Origin: a virus
Lineage: Duplodnaviria > Caudoviricetes
Direction: 5' to 3' (one strand)
DNA length: 64,000 nt
Virus record (IMG/VR): IMGVR_UViG_3300033463_000038
Coordinates: 32,001-96,000 of that record
A model generated the notes under the pieces. That model searched no databases and had not been told where the DNA came from. It saw only the letters and a program-made list of their open reading frames with translations. Shown piece after piece: positions 35,728-46,035 of this stretch. The position numbers and the translations under genes are program-made. Numbering within the stretch: the stretch's first letter is position 1; every line of letters starts with the position of its first letter.

Positions 35728-37632
35728 ATGGGAAGATTTTTCGAGCATAGCGACATAGAGCAGCGTACTATAGAGCGACACGGAACGATCAGTGGCGTAG
35801 AAGTCGGAAGTACACAGCAGAGTCAAGTCGACAAGATGCGTGAAGATATGCGAGAGCGATATGGTTGGCTCTCGCCGAGTCAGTACTATTCAGGACAGTA
35901 CGACTCGCAGTTTATTCCGAATGAGCTGTTCATATCGCTAACTGACATAGAAGAGTATCGAAAAGGAACTGGAGAGCTGCCCACTGAAGCGGCAGACAGA
36001 ACAGAGATACCGCACTACTTCTGGATAGACAGTCTGAGCAACTGGTGTTACTTCAAGATCACAGACGATATGACAGCCTTCAAGAAGACCACGTCTCGTT
36101 TCGGAAAAGCTGGAAATGCTCTCCTCAATATTGCTTTCTTCGGACTTCCTGGAGCTATCGACGCTATGCAGCAGGGCAGCTGGTGGAATTTCTTCACTAG
36201 CTGGTCTTACAATCTCGCTCTATCTTACGCCGATTTGTCCACTACGACTATCGAAGGCATAGATCAGATCGAAAGCTTCATATCAGACAACATATTCGGT
36301 TTCGAGGAAGAGCTGTTCGGAACAAGCGTACTGAAGAACATGTACTCCAGAATGAACTCGGAGAAATTGACTCTGGGCGCTATGATGCTCGGTGCTGCTA
36401 GCGAGCTCATGTCGACGCGTAGGTCTGCTGCTGTAGGAATTCTATGGGGATGGATTCAATCTGCTTACGATCTAGCGACTTCAGACGTAGATGCTGAGCC
36501 TTACATAGAAGAATTGGCATCAGGAAGTAAGCTTCACAATCTTCCCAGAAACTGCATAAGCTTGTACATGTGGAACGGATATAAGCGAAACTGGATGCCA
36601 GTGAAACAGCTTATCGAAATATACGAGCGTTATTGCAAGCGTTCTAGTTACGATCTAGTCTATACGACAGTCAAGAATTTCTACGCTCTATTGATAACTA
36701 CAGGAGAAGACGATATTCTTGACAAATTCCTTGAAACTATCGGACTTCCAATCAACACAGAAGACGAGACGATAGAGAATTTCAGACAGAGAGCAAACGA
36801 CATAAGAGACACTTATGGAAGCAGTGAAAATCTCTTCTGCTCCAAATTTACCGATTTGATAATGGAGATTCCTCAGGGCATCAACTACTGCTCTCGTTTC
36901 CTGTTCATCAACATCTACGGAATCGATCCCGCTTGCATAGAAGCTATCCAGGCAAGATCTCCACTGTCTAAGAAGCAAACGCTGTACAACTGGGACACTG
37001 ACGGAGGTTCATGGAGCCAGAAGAAATGGCAAGAGAATATGAGCTTCTGGATCGCATTGCCAAACGACAGCGCTAAGTTGAAGCTGTACGCGATAGACAC
37101 ATATCAACTCATAAATCGTCCGACTGCGTACAAGTATTGGTTTAATCGAGACTTGAAGGGATATCTTCACAAGAATATCGGACATCCTTGCTTCATGAGA
37201 GGCAATGACGACGTTCTGTGGATGTGCTACTGGATGAGATGGTCAAGCTCTAGAGGTCCTGAGAAGAGTGGTGGAAGTCTGTTGACTGAAGAGATAACAG
37301 TTGAAGGGCTTCAAGACATCATGAAGCTTGACGTTGATAACTGGGAATGCATAGTCGATTCCATGTTCCAGAAGCACGACGAGTACGGCTTCGAAGACTG
37401 GCTGATCAACGGCAACTATACTCTCAACTACAGCAAGTTCACGATCGATGAAGAACAGCCTTCCGAAGTGCTGTCGTTCGAAGACTCTACTCTAGCTCCT
37501 AATAAAGCCGAGCTCGTGAACTCTATCGACGACTACGACGGCGAGACGTTGACTCTGTCTCTATCGAGTGGAACTGTCGTATCGAGAGACGATGGAAACG
37601 AATACATAGATACTGCTAAGCGTTGGAGATAA
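35728..37632 (+). CDS. hypothetical late protein
   Basis: 634-aa ORF after GATAAATA. Confidence 0.75.
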   Translation: MGRFFEHSDIEQRTIERHGTISGVEVGSTQQSQVDKMREDMRERYGWLSPSQYYSGQYDSQFIPNELFISLTDIEEYRKGTGELPTEAADRTEIPHYFWIDSLSNWCYFKITDDMTAFKKTTSRFGKAGNALLNIAFFGLPGAIDAMQQGSWWNFFTSWSYNLALSYADLSTTTIEGIDQIESFISDNIFGFEEELFGTSVLKNMYSRMNSEKLTLGAMMLGAASELMSTRRSAAVGILWGWIQSAYDLATSDVDAEPYIEELASGSKLHNLPRNCISLYMWNGYKRNWMPVKQLIEIYERYCKRSSYDLVYTTVKNFYALLITTGEDDILDKFLETIGLPINTEDETIENFRQRANDIRDTYGSSENLFCSKFTDLIMEIPQGINYCSRFLFINIYGIDPACIEAIQARSPLSKKQTLYNWDTDGGSWSQKKWQENMSFWIALPNDSAKLKLYAIDTYQLINRPTAYKYWFNRDLKGYLHKNIGHPCFMRGNDDVLWMCYWMRWSSSRGPEKSGGSLLTEEITVEGLQDIMKLDVDNWECIVDSMFQKHDEYGFEDWLINGNYTLNYSKFTIDEEQPSEVLSFEDSTLAPNKAELVNSIDDYDGETLTLSLSSGTVVSRDDGNEYIDTAKRWR

Positions 37633-37649
37633 CTGCGTGTAAATAATAC

Positions 37650-40600
37650 ATGCGGCAAGTATTCTTCAACAGCTTTAAAGAGAAAATACTGAAAGGTCAG
37701 ATTCCGGATGTCATAACAGCGTCCGGAATTCCGTTCACTTCTGAATTTCTAGACACTTACGACAATACGGACATTTCGATCGAGCAGTTTAGAACGCTGT
37801 CCGACTTCGACGCTTATTCGAACGGAAATAGCGCTACTAAGTTCGAAGACACTAAGTTTCAATACACTGAATATGGAGTTGAGTACAGCGCCTATTACGA
37901 CAACGACGTATCCGAGAAGCCTCTATTCATCAACCCAGACAATTATCAAGAGTTTCTCCAGATCTACAGCGGAGAGATCCGTTATGAAGATTCATACGTA
38001 AAAGACAAGTTTGACGGCTACGTCTCAGGTGATGCAAACGTCAACTCCGGATTCTACTATGTCGCAAAGAAGTCGCAGTTGAAGTGGATCGCTGATAGAT
38101 GCAACGATGAGAACAACTTCAACAACAGAATCACTGTCGTACTTGGAGACGACATCGGAAATCCTGATGGAAGCAATCCGGTCGTTCTTGACACTGTTAT
38201 AGGAAAGAATCCGAACAAGCCGTTCGCTGGAACGTTCGACATGAACGGACATAAGCTGTCTAACCTGATCTTCAGCTGTAAAGAGAATTCGAACGGACTT
38301 ATCGGATATCTCGCACCAGACGGAATCGTGAGAGACGCTATCGTCCAAGATCTGACGTTCCGATGCATGAACAAAATTTCTCTCGATAAGATTCGCAACG
38401 ACTGCTCAGACGTAGTCGTCGGAGGTCTTGTCGGTACGAACTATGGTACGGTCGAGAACGTAATCACTTCTGGAGCATTCCAGTTCAACGAATTCTGCCC
38501 AGAAGTGTACTTGACTGAGAATAAGTACGAATATGAGCCTTACGACAACGTTGTCAACAACCGAGATTACAACTGCTTCTTCCCGAGCAAATTCTGCATC
38601 AACTCGATCAACAACGTCATCCCTTATGTAGGCTACTTCTGTGAAGGTGCAGACAGCTACTTCAACGATATCGGAAATCCTCTGCTGACTGTGTCTGGCA
38701 GCTTCAATCCGACTTATCTGTACATGAATACGCAGAACAATATCAACTGTCTGCTAGGATTGAAGTTCAAGACTCATGGATCGAATGACGATAAGCTGTT
38801 CGACAAGTCTTACAACTACGACCACTATCTGGAAGGAAAGCTAGCTAACTCAGTCATGTACGACCAGAGCACAGTCGAATTAGCTCACGTCATTCCAGAG
38901 AACAACTTCTATGTATCGAAGTCATACAACGGAGACGGCTATCACCCTTATAACGACAACTCATACTTCGCAGACGCTTATCGTCAAAAAGAGATAGACG
39001 GCGACGTATGGCTTCTGCCGCCGTTGATTACCCTAGAGAATGACCAGAGAATTCCAGAAAGAGTGCTCACGAACACCATCAACAATCTCGGAAGCATAAA
39101 GTCTTGGAACGAGAAGCAAGATCAGTCGATAGGAGAGGCGTCGACATATTATCAATATGCTGGTCTCGATACTGAGTACGGCTCTTACATAGCTAGACAG
39201 ATTCGTGACCAGATCCTGATGTATATCAAATCTGGCGAAAAGGTTACGACTCACCAGAAGATGAACCCTTACAGCCGCATCGCTTACTTCTGCTCACCAA
39301 TCGTCGGAAACAACTTTGGAACGATTCGAGAGATCGACTGCCGTCATACGATCAAGGAAACTCGAGATACGTTTGTCGGCTTCATCGGAAACGTATGCGG
39401 AAAAGAGAACTGCGGCGACATATATGACGTCAACTCTATTCTCGACATAGAGGCTATCCCTACATCTGCGCATTCTGAACGTACTAACGTCTACACGAAC
39501 AATCTCAACTTCAAGCCGACCTATCCAGACGACTACGCTAACCTAGTCAACGTATTCGGCTATAACTGGGACTATTATCAGATCGACAATGGACTCAGTC
39601 CAGAAGACATGGAGAAATACTCTGCCGTATCGGCTTCAGCTGTAAGCGTATCAGACCGCTTCTACCGCTATCACGATCTAGGAACTGGAACATATTCAGG
39701 AGTTCAAAGAAACAAGCTAGATGACTACGTATTCAATCGCATTCCTTACGTAGACACTTATGAAGCTAACGAATACTGCAACTTCAACCTTCCAGAGGGA
39801 GAAACCAGCGCAGCATCGTCTAAGATTCCTTCTGCGATCAGAAACAGCAAGCTAAAGCTAGACATCGAAGGAGGAAACGCAAAGCCTGACACATTTACGC
39901 TTCAGATGAGCGTAGATCCTGAAGACGTATCGAAATATTCGACATTCAAGCTGTTCAACCCATACGATGCAGACAAGAGAGACAACGTATATGAGAAGCT
40001 GAATATCTCTTCAGCTGACGTAGAAGACGGATTTAGCAGAATCTCTGTCGAGCATCTGGACTACAGTCAAATTGGAGATGCATGCAAATACACGTCGTTG
40101 CAAGATAAGCCGAATTTCGGTTCCATCGGAGATCACAAGATCACGATGGAAGACGTCATGACGTACTGCACAGCATTCACTGGAACACTCGGAAAGACGA
40201 TCGACAACGCTTATGAGTTCGCAAAGAACCTGATGGACGCTAAAGTCGCTATCGGATGCGAGATGTTGGCTAATCCGAAGCTCGACGTCAATTACGTATT
40301 CCCAGGAGGAAATGAACCTTTCGCTACTGACGCTGGTCTCTTCGGTACTACGAATAACAACGGTCCATACATCATTCCAGCTCACACTGGGCCAAATGAC
40401 ACTGATACAGATAAAGATCTCGGCTCTGACATAGCCGACATGTGCTGGTTCATGCAGCCTGGAGTATATCAGAATGCGACGAACGGACCGAAGGCTTATG
40501 ATCCAGCGGTCATTCAATACGTAGGATCGAACTGCGACGAAGTTACTCTGAACAGCGGAAATACTGCTAACCGTCTCAACTACTTCTGCAGCATATCTCC

Positions 40601-42959
40601 TAACGGCCGTTGGGATCTGTACGGCAAGTGTCCATCGAATCCCATCGATCTGCCGGATACATTCAACGAGCAAGAGAACTACGCTAAGGCTTCAATACCG
40701 AGATCGACTGTAGAGATCGACATCAGAAGCGGCGCAGACGAGCTCATCGAGAAGATCACAGAAGCTGCTTCTACATCAAGCGGATGGAGTGAGTTGATCG
40801 GAAATCAAGAATACGAAGCTTCGATCAACAAGATATACGTTCCTGTCGCTAACAGGACTCAGAACGACGCTTATCAGTCTCAAACGTTCGAGGGAGTAAA
40901 CGTATCGGGCATCTATCTACATGAGGTCGCACAGCAGAGAAGATGGCGTGATTCTGGAAATTTCCCATCCACGCCAGAAGATGCGAATCCAGATCAAGTC
41001 GGCAACCTAGACAAGATGTACATCGATCTGTCAATCGCTGTCAAGAAGGACGATGACTATCTCGTCTATCCGATGATAGTCGAGATTCCAGTCAAGGAGA
41101 TGTATCTGCCAATATCTTGCGTGAAGGGATCTGAGCCTTGGGAATTTACGATCAACTACTACTCAGAAGATCTCGCTAATACGATAAACGAAGATATCGC
41201 AATCAATAGAAGAGATGTCGAATACTATCACCTGATTCCTGCATACGACATGTATGACGTAGCCGAAGAGGAATTAGCATACCTTCTCAAGTCGATATAC
41301 AACGTCGGCGGAATCTGCGGAATGATCAACCATTCTCAACGATTCATCGAGCACGGAAACTACGATCTCACAAGCAACGGATATACTTCAGATGTCGATA
41401 ATCGAGTGACCAACAGAGCAGAGACTGGCTCAATCAGAAACTGTTGCGTAAAGATCACAGACAAGACAGTCAAATTCATCAATGATACTCTTCTCAACGA
41501 GAAGGTCGATGGAGAACTGGTAGAGAAGAACGACCATACTATCGCTATCGCTAACAAGTTCGGTGGCGTAGCTGCTATCTACGAATATCGTCAAAACGAC
41601 ATGGGAACAAGTCCGAAGACTATGATTCCTGGAGCAGATCTTGATGGTCTGCAGCGTATCGACTTCCAGAAATTCAAGATCGAGAATGTCGTCGTAGCTG
41701 GTTCTGACAATTTCTACACAGGAACGACAGTGACTCCAGCAGAGGCAGCGAACCGTTCACTGTTCAAGATATTCAGCAAGGTATTCTCTCCGTTGGTCGA
41801 ATGGAGCAACATAAGCAACATTCTCGATACTACTAACTTCTATCTAATCAACGACGAGAGATCATACTCTATCAATTACTGCTCTAGACAGAGTTCAAAC
41901 TTCCCGATCGCTGGAAACGTTCATCAGGACTTCGGCGTATCAGACTGGGAGATGGTCAACGGACCAGGAACGTTCATCGGTACGACAGACGCTCGTCTCC
42001 TAGCAGACGCATGGCCAGTCATAGACGTCGACAGAGCTGCTCCGACTCAAGACGAAGATCTGCACTCGATGAAGATATACGAGAGAAAGTTCAATCGGGT
42101 CGGAAGCAATTCGACTGGCGTAGACACTATGGTCTTCTCAAGCGACAGATATCCTCGATTGAGCTTCACAAAGAGATACGATCTGATGCCGTCTGTTCTC
42201 TTCTCGATCAACGGCTTCAATCTCTACGGCGACATCGACGATCCGGATTACGAGATGGATTCTCACATGAGTCCAGTCGCTAACGCGTCTTGCAGCGAGT
42301 ACAACGACATCTATGAACAGATGCTGTCTGGAAATGGCCACTACGTCAACAGAAAGTTGAGTAAGCCAATCATGCATGCTCCTCTGAAGATGAACGGCGA
42401 TTCTTACCATCTAGCTCTAGCGATGAGAGTCCAGTTAATGCCTATAATCAACTACCGCTTGATCGAGTTCTTCGAGTGGAGATATCAGGAGAACGGCGGA
42501 ATCACAGACAGATACTTCACGTGGGATTACGATACACAGGAAGTAGAGAAATCTGAGCTGAGATTTACGATAAGATACTGGCAGCATGCTCTGTGGATCC
42601 ATCAGCATGACCGAGCAGACTACGATCCGATACTGCGCTATCCGATGAGAGATGACGAAGTGACTAACGACGGATCGAACATTCATCTCGGCTACATGCC
42701 GTCGAGATACGGCATCGTTCGTCTGCTCAACACCCTCGATCTTGACATCGGAGAAGATCTGTACGACGAAGGAAGAGCTATAGAGGGCGAGGACTTCAGA
42801 GGAATTCTTCTCTTCGACTTATCGGACAATTCGCTGATCGCTCTCTTCGACCGTGGCTATGGAGCTGATATGAACAACGGAACTTATGTCGCAGAGCTGA
42901 AGAACAAGATGAGCATCGGACCTCTTCGCTACGGAAGATTAGCTGAGCTGACAGTGTAA
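37650..42959 (+). CDS. large virion protein with GLUG-like beta-helix motifs
   Basis: FAGTFDMNGHKLSNL, GLIGY, VGGLVGTNYGTVEN, VGGICG; 1769 aa. Confidence 0.7.
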   Translation: MRQVFFNSFKEKILKGQIPDVITASGIPFTSEFLDTYDNTDISIEQFRTLSDFDAYSNGNSATKFEDTKFQYTEYGVEYSAYYDNDVSEKPLFINPDNYQEFLQIYSGEIRYEDSYVKDKFDGYVSGDANVNSGFYYVAKKSQLKWIADRCNDENNFNNRITVVLGDDIGNPDGSNPVVLDTVIGKNPNKPFAGTFDMNGHKLSNLIFSCKENSNGLIGYLAPDGIVRDAIVQDLTFRCMNKISLDKIRNDCSDVVVGGLVGTNYGTVENVITSGAFQFNEFCPEVYLTENKYEYEPYDNVVNNRDYNCFFPSKFCINSINNVIPYVGYFCEGADSYFNDIGNPLLTVSGSFNPTYLYMNTQNNINCLLGLKFKTHGSNDDKLFDKSYNYDHYLEGKLANSVMYDQSTVELAHVIPENNFYVSKSYNGDGYHPYNDNSYFADAYRQKEIDGDVWLLPPLITLENDQRIPERVLTNTINNLGSIKSWNEKQDQSIGEASTYYQYAGLDTEYGSYIARQIRDQILMYIKSGEKVTTHQKMNPYSRIAYFCSPIVGNNFGTIREIDCRHTIKETRDTFVGFIGNVCGKENCGDIYDVNSILDIEAIPTSAHSERTNVYTNNLNFKPTYPDDYANLVNVFGYNWDYYQIDNGLSPEDMEKYSAVSASAVSVSDRFYRYHDLGTGTYSGVQRNKLDDYVFNRIPYVDTYEANEYCNFNLPEGETSAASSKIPSAIRNSKLKLDIEGGNAKPDTFTLQMSVDPEDVSKYSTFKLFNPYDADKRDNVYEKLNISSADVEDGFSRISVEHLDYSQIGDACKYTSLQDKPNFGSIGDHKITMEDVMTYCTAFTGTLGKTIDNAYEFAKNLMDAKVAIGCEMLANPKLDVNYVFPGGNEPFATDAGLFGTTNNNGPYIIPAHTGPNDTDTDKDLGSDIADMCWFMQPGVYQNATNGPKAYDPAVIQYVGSNCDEVTLNSGNTANRLNYFCSISPNGRWDLYGKCPSNPIDLPDTFNEQENYAKASIPRSTVEIDIRSGADELIEKITEAASTSSGWSELIGNQEYEASINKIYVPVANRTQNDAYQSQTFEGVNVSGIYLHEVAQQRRWRDSGNFPSTPEDANPDQVGNLDKMYIDLSIAVKKDDDYLVYPMIVEIPVKEMYLPISCVKGSEPWEFTINYYSEDLANTINEDIAINRRDVEYYHLIPAYDMYDVAEEELAYLLKSIYNVGGICGMINHSQRFIEHGNYDLTSNGYTSDVDNRVTNRAETGSIRNCCVKITDKTVKFINDTLLNEKVDGELVEKNDHTIAIANKFGGVAAIYEYRQNDMGTSPKTMIPGADLDGLQRIDFQKFKIENVVVAGSDNFYTGTTVTPAEAANRSLFKIFSKVFSPLVEWSNISNILDTTNFYLINDERSYSINYCSRQSSNFPIAGNVHQDFGVSDWEMVNGPGTFIGTTDARLLADAWPVIDVDRAAPTQDEDLHSMKIYERKFNRVGSNSTGVDTMVFSSDRYPRLSFTKRYDLMPSVLFSINGFNLYGDIDDPDYEMDSHMSPVANASCSEYNDIYEQMLSGNGHYVNRKLSKPIMHAPLKMNGDSYHLALAMRVQLMPIINYRLIEFFEWRYQENGGITDRYFTWDYDTQEVEKSELRFTIRYWQHALWIHQHDRADYDPILRYPMRDDEVTNDGSNIHLGYMPSRYGIVRLLNTLDLDIGEDLYDEGRAIEGEDFRGILLFDLSDNSLIALFDRGYGADMNNGTYVAELKNKMSIGPLRYGRLAELTV

Positions 42960-42969
42960 AGGAGAAACT

Positions 42970-43689
42970 ATGAAATACATCACTTACGACTCTTTCATCG
43001 ACTATCTCTTCTCAGACGACAGCAAATCGGATACGTACAACAAGCTGACGGCTTGGCTGATCAAGTCGGGAGGTGTCGAGACGTTCCGTATAACGAACGG
43101 AGATTTCAGCATACCAGTCGAGACAGTAGAGAGATTCTCTGTTCCGAACAGTGACTTCGAAAAGTCTCCGTATTCGTACGACTGCAGGCCATCAGTCTCT
43201 AATTCGAACGGAATGATGTCAGAGACAGACAAGACATATCAAGAGATATTCAACATTCCGGCGAAAGAGAACCTATCAGAGTGCAAGTACATCAATTCGT
43301 TCGTACAGAAACAGCAATGGAACGAACTGCTGAAAGAAGATGAGAGTGGTTCAAGTCAGGGCAGCGGTCCTCGTGTCGACAACGACAGCGATGATCCAGC
43401 GTACCAGACTCTCAAAGGAGAAATTCCGTTCAAAGACGAGTACGACGAAGCAGAGTACGACTCCTATGGAATTCCTCTGGACTTTCTCAACAGCGACGAT
43501 CCAGCAGTCATCGCAGAAGAGCTGTTGAAGTTCTACGGCAACAAGATAACGACTCCGATAGGATGCTTGATCGGAGTCTTGAAGAACGATCTAGTGTTTC
43601 CTATCGGGTATATCGACTTCGAGAACGTGAAGCCGTCTACAAGGATCGAGATCAAGTTCGATCCGAGAGGTTTTCTTCAGTTGAAATGA
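42970..43689 (+). CDS. hypothetical virion protein, termini similar to preceding gene
   Basis: N-term YDSF vs FNSF; C-term IGYIDF vs LIALFD. Confidence 0.65.
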   Translation: MKYITYDSFIDYLFSDDSKSDTYNKLTAWLIKSGGVETFRITNGDFSIPVETVERFSVPNSDFEKSPYSYDCRPSVSNSNGMMSETDKTYQEIFNIPAKENLSECKYINSFVQKQQWNELLKEDESGSSQGSGPRVDNDSDDPAYQTLKGEIPFKDEYDEAEYDSYGIPLDFLNSDDPAVIAEELLKFYGNKITTPIGCLIGVLKNDLVFPIGYIDFENVKPSTRIEIKFDPRGFLQLK

Positions 43690-44091
43690 TCAGAGAAGCT
43701 GACGAGCGGTGACGGGCATGACGTAGTAGACCACTCGGCCTTTAGTGCCCTTGTCACGACGGAGAGCGAATCTTGCAGCGCCTCTGATGTAAGCTGGCAG
43801 CTTCTTAGAGTCGTACTTGTCGCACATCACTACGGCAGTGACCTGAGCGACGACGTCGTCATTAGAGAGATTATCCAAAGGTATCTGCTCTTCCCAGAGA
43901 GAGCGGTGCATCGTGATCTCGCAGTTCTTGTCTCCTCGCTGGATAGACTTGAACTCGGCTTCGAACTGCTTATAGAGAATGTCGTTGTTGATCAGCTCGC
44001 ATGCGAAAGCGTCGCAGAATGCGATATCTTCAGCCCAGCTCATCGAGACGAGGAGCGCGAGCGCGAGAATGATAGAGTTGAGCAGTTTCAT
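43690..44091 (-). CDS. exported protein with Sec signal peptide
   Basis: MKLLNSIILALALLVSMSWA|ED; early promoter TTTAGA-N17-TATATT at 44127-44155. Confidence 0.7.
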   Translation of the reverse strand: MKLLNSIILALALLVSMSWAEDIAFCDAFACELINNDILYKQFEAEFKSIQRGDKNCEITMHRSLWEEQIPLDNLSNDDVVAQVTAVVMCDKYDSKKLPAYIRGAARFALRRDKGTKGRVVYYVMPVTARQLL

Positions 44092-44243
44092 TTGAGTTTC
44101 TCCGGTTAAAGTTCTTTTACATATACAATATAAGTATTTTCAAGAGAAATCTAAACAGAAAATTGAGATTTTCTCATTTTTTCTGAATATGAGACGAAAT
44201 ATGCCATTATGCTTAAATTGAGTATATTTGACGTTTGAGCTAT

Positions 44244-44380
44244 TATAAATAACAGGACGAACTGCTGAGAAGTCGAAATAGTCTATATTTTAAACAAAGA
44301 GTTTACGATACGACCCATTGGTGCATCTTTCTTAGCAGTTCCTTTGCACTAGTGGGTCGTATTTCTTTAGGAACTGCTGA
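44244..44380 (+). promoter_or_regulatory. late promoter plus structured 5' leader (switchable pseudoknot)
   Basis: TATAAATA 44244-44251; 18-bp stem 44308-44325/44345-44362; loop complementary to 44259-44272 and to RBS 44369-44380. Confidence 0.7.
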
Positions 44381-45832
44381 ATGGAAAAGTACACAGAATA
44401 TCTCCAATACTCGCTATGGATCAGCGATGTGAAGACGAAGGAGATAAGAGTCGGAAAGAATGGCCGGACAAAATATGATCACGAGTGCATCAGGGGAATT
44501 TGGAACTCTTCTGGATCTCACGGGATCTTTCCAGTCGGAGTGAAGCGCTGCACGTTCGAAGACTACATCGAACTTATCACGACAGGACACTCAGTCAAGA
44601 GAATCCAGAAGATCGAAAATGAAGTGTTCACGTCGAGATTTCTCTTTATCGATCTAGACAACGACAACGGAGAGAACGTGACTGAATATGACCTGGAAGC
44701 GTTGAAACTGATCACTAACAACCGCATCGTGTACTTCCCGTCGACTTCAGGAACGCCCTTCCGGTGGCACTTGTACATCGAGACCGCGAACCCCATGTTC
44801 GTTGTCAAGGATCTGAAACGAGAGACGTTCAAGATCATATCCGAGCTAGAGTCTGTCTGTAAAAGAAAAGTTACATGTGACTCGAAGTGCTACCAGAACT
44901 GGCATCAAGTCTGCTACGGAATGCCGCAGAAAGAGCACTACAAGCTCTCGATCCCCGATGGAACTGAGTTCTTCTGTCACCAGATTCTGAAGCCGAAAGA
45001 CGACAAAGAGACAGTCATCGTCCAAAAGTTCACAGAGTACGTTGAGTTCAGGAGGAAGTCGAATGATAAAGAACAGAAAGAGGTGAGAATCGTACCATAC
45101 AACTCCAAGATGCTAGCGAGAGCTCTCGGAATCGGAGAGCTCCAAGACAAGCCGTTCTCGATCTACCCGCCGTTCACGTACAAGAATCGCGTCAAGGGAG
45201 ACTGGCACATCCGCGAGGGAAACCGGTACAAGACAGCTTGCAACTGGATCCTACACTTAGTCCCGCAGTGGTACAAGTGCAACCTCAAGTACGACATGGG
45301 ATACTCTGTCGAAGATCTAGTTCACACCCTCAAGTGTCTCTGCAGGACTAACTTCGCCAGCTTCGAGACGTTCGACTGGAACTCAGCTCAGCGAGCTCTG
45401 TTCAGCAAGATAAACGCTCTCGATGGAAAGTCGTGGGAAGAGATCGAAGCCGAATCCGAAGCTAAGATCCGCACGTACAGGACCCAGAACTACACTTGGG
45501 ATCTAATGATGAAGCTCAAAGACGAGTTCGCGTACGACGACTGGACGATCGCTTTCCAAGACCGAAAACAGCTCAGAGAAGCGCTGAGAAAGTACAAAGT
45601 CTCGATCAAGACAGTGAAGAAGTATCTCCACGAAGAGGCGGGATTCGACATCGTCATTAAGAACGAGAAGAGAGCAGAGCGATCCGACAAGGGAAAGACG
45701 AAGTTCGACTTCACGAGATACCCTCAAAACGAGAAAGGACAATACTTGATCCCGTCAAGAGAGATCACCTCATACATAAGAAACTTAGCTTCGAAGATGA
45801 AAATAAAGATAAAGTCGGTTAGAGAATGTTAG
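44381..45832 (+). CDS. AEP primase-polymerase-like replication initiator (AEP + PriCT-like + HTH-like)
   Basis: FLFIDLDN (motif I), STSG...RWHLY (motif II), CD.KC..WHQ.CYG (motif III), EGNRY, basic C-terminus RAERSDKGK. Confidence 0.6.
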   Translation: MEKYTEYLQYSLWISDVKTKEIRVGKNGRTKYDHECIRGIWNSSGSHGIFPVGVKRCTFEDYIELITTGHSVKRIQKIENEVFTSRFLFIDLDNDNGENVTEYDLEALKLITNNRIVYFPSTSGTPFRWHLYIETANPMFVVKDLKRETFKIISELESVCKRKVTCDSKCYQNWHQVCYGMPQKEHYKLSIPDGTEFFCHQILKPKDDKETVIVQKFTEYVEFRRKSNDKEQKEVRIVPYNSKMLARALGIGELQDKPFSIYPPFTYKNRVKGDWHIREGNRYKTACNWILHLVPQWYKCNLKYDMGYSVEDLVHTLKCLCRTNFASFETFDWNSAQRALFSKINALDGKSWEEIEAESEAKIRTYRTQNYTWDLMMKLKDEFAYDDWTIAFQDRKQLREALRKYKVSIKTVKKYLHEEAGFDIVIKNEKRAERSDKGKTKFDFTRYPQNEKGQYLIPSREITSYIRNLASKMKIKIKSVREC

Positions 45833-45859
45833 AGAAGGCGAACGAAGTGAGCAAAATAG

Positions 45860-45959
45860 CGTTTGATTTGAATGTGATTTTGTCACATTTTAATCAAACG
45901 TGTTGTTCCCATTTCTCTCTTCTTGAATATATTTTGTCCAGATTAAAATGTGACAAAAT
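45860..45959. repeat. nested inverted repeats, candidate origin
   Basis: Perfect 19-bp IR 45877-45895/45941-45959 and near-perfect hairpin 45860-45900. Confidence 0.8.
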
Positions 45960-46035
45960 TCTGTAAAGGAAACTTTACACTATATCAAGTTCAAAAAATG
46001 AGCTCTATAAATAAACTCAACAAGGAGAATCAACT

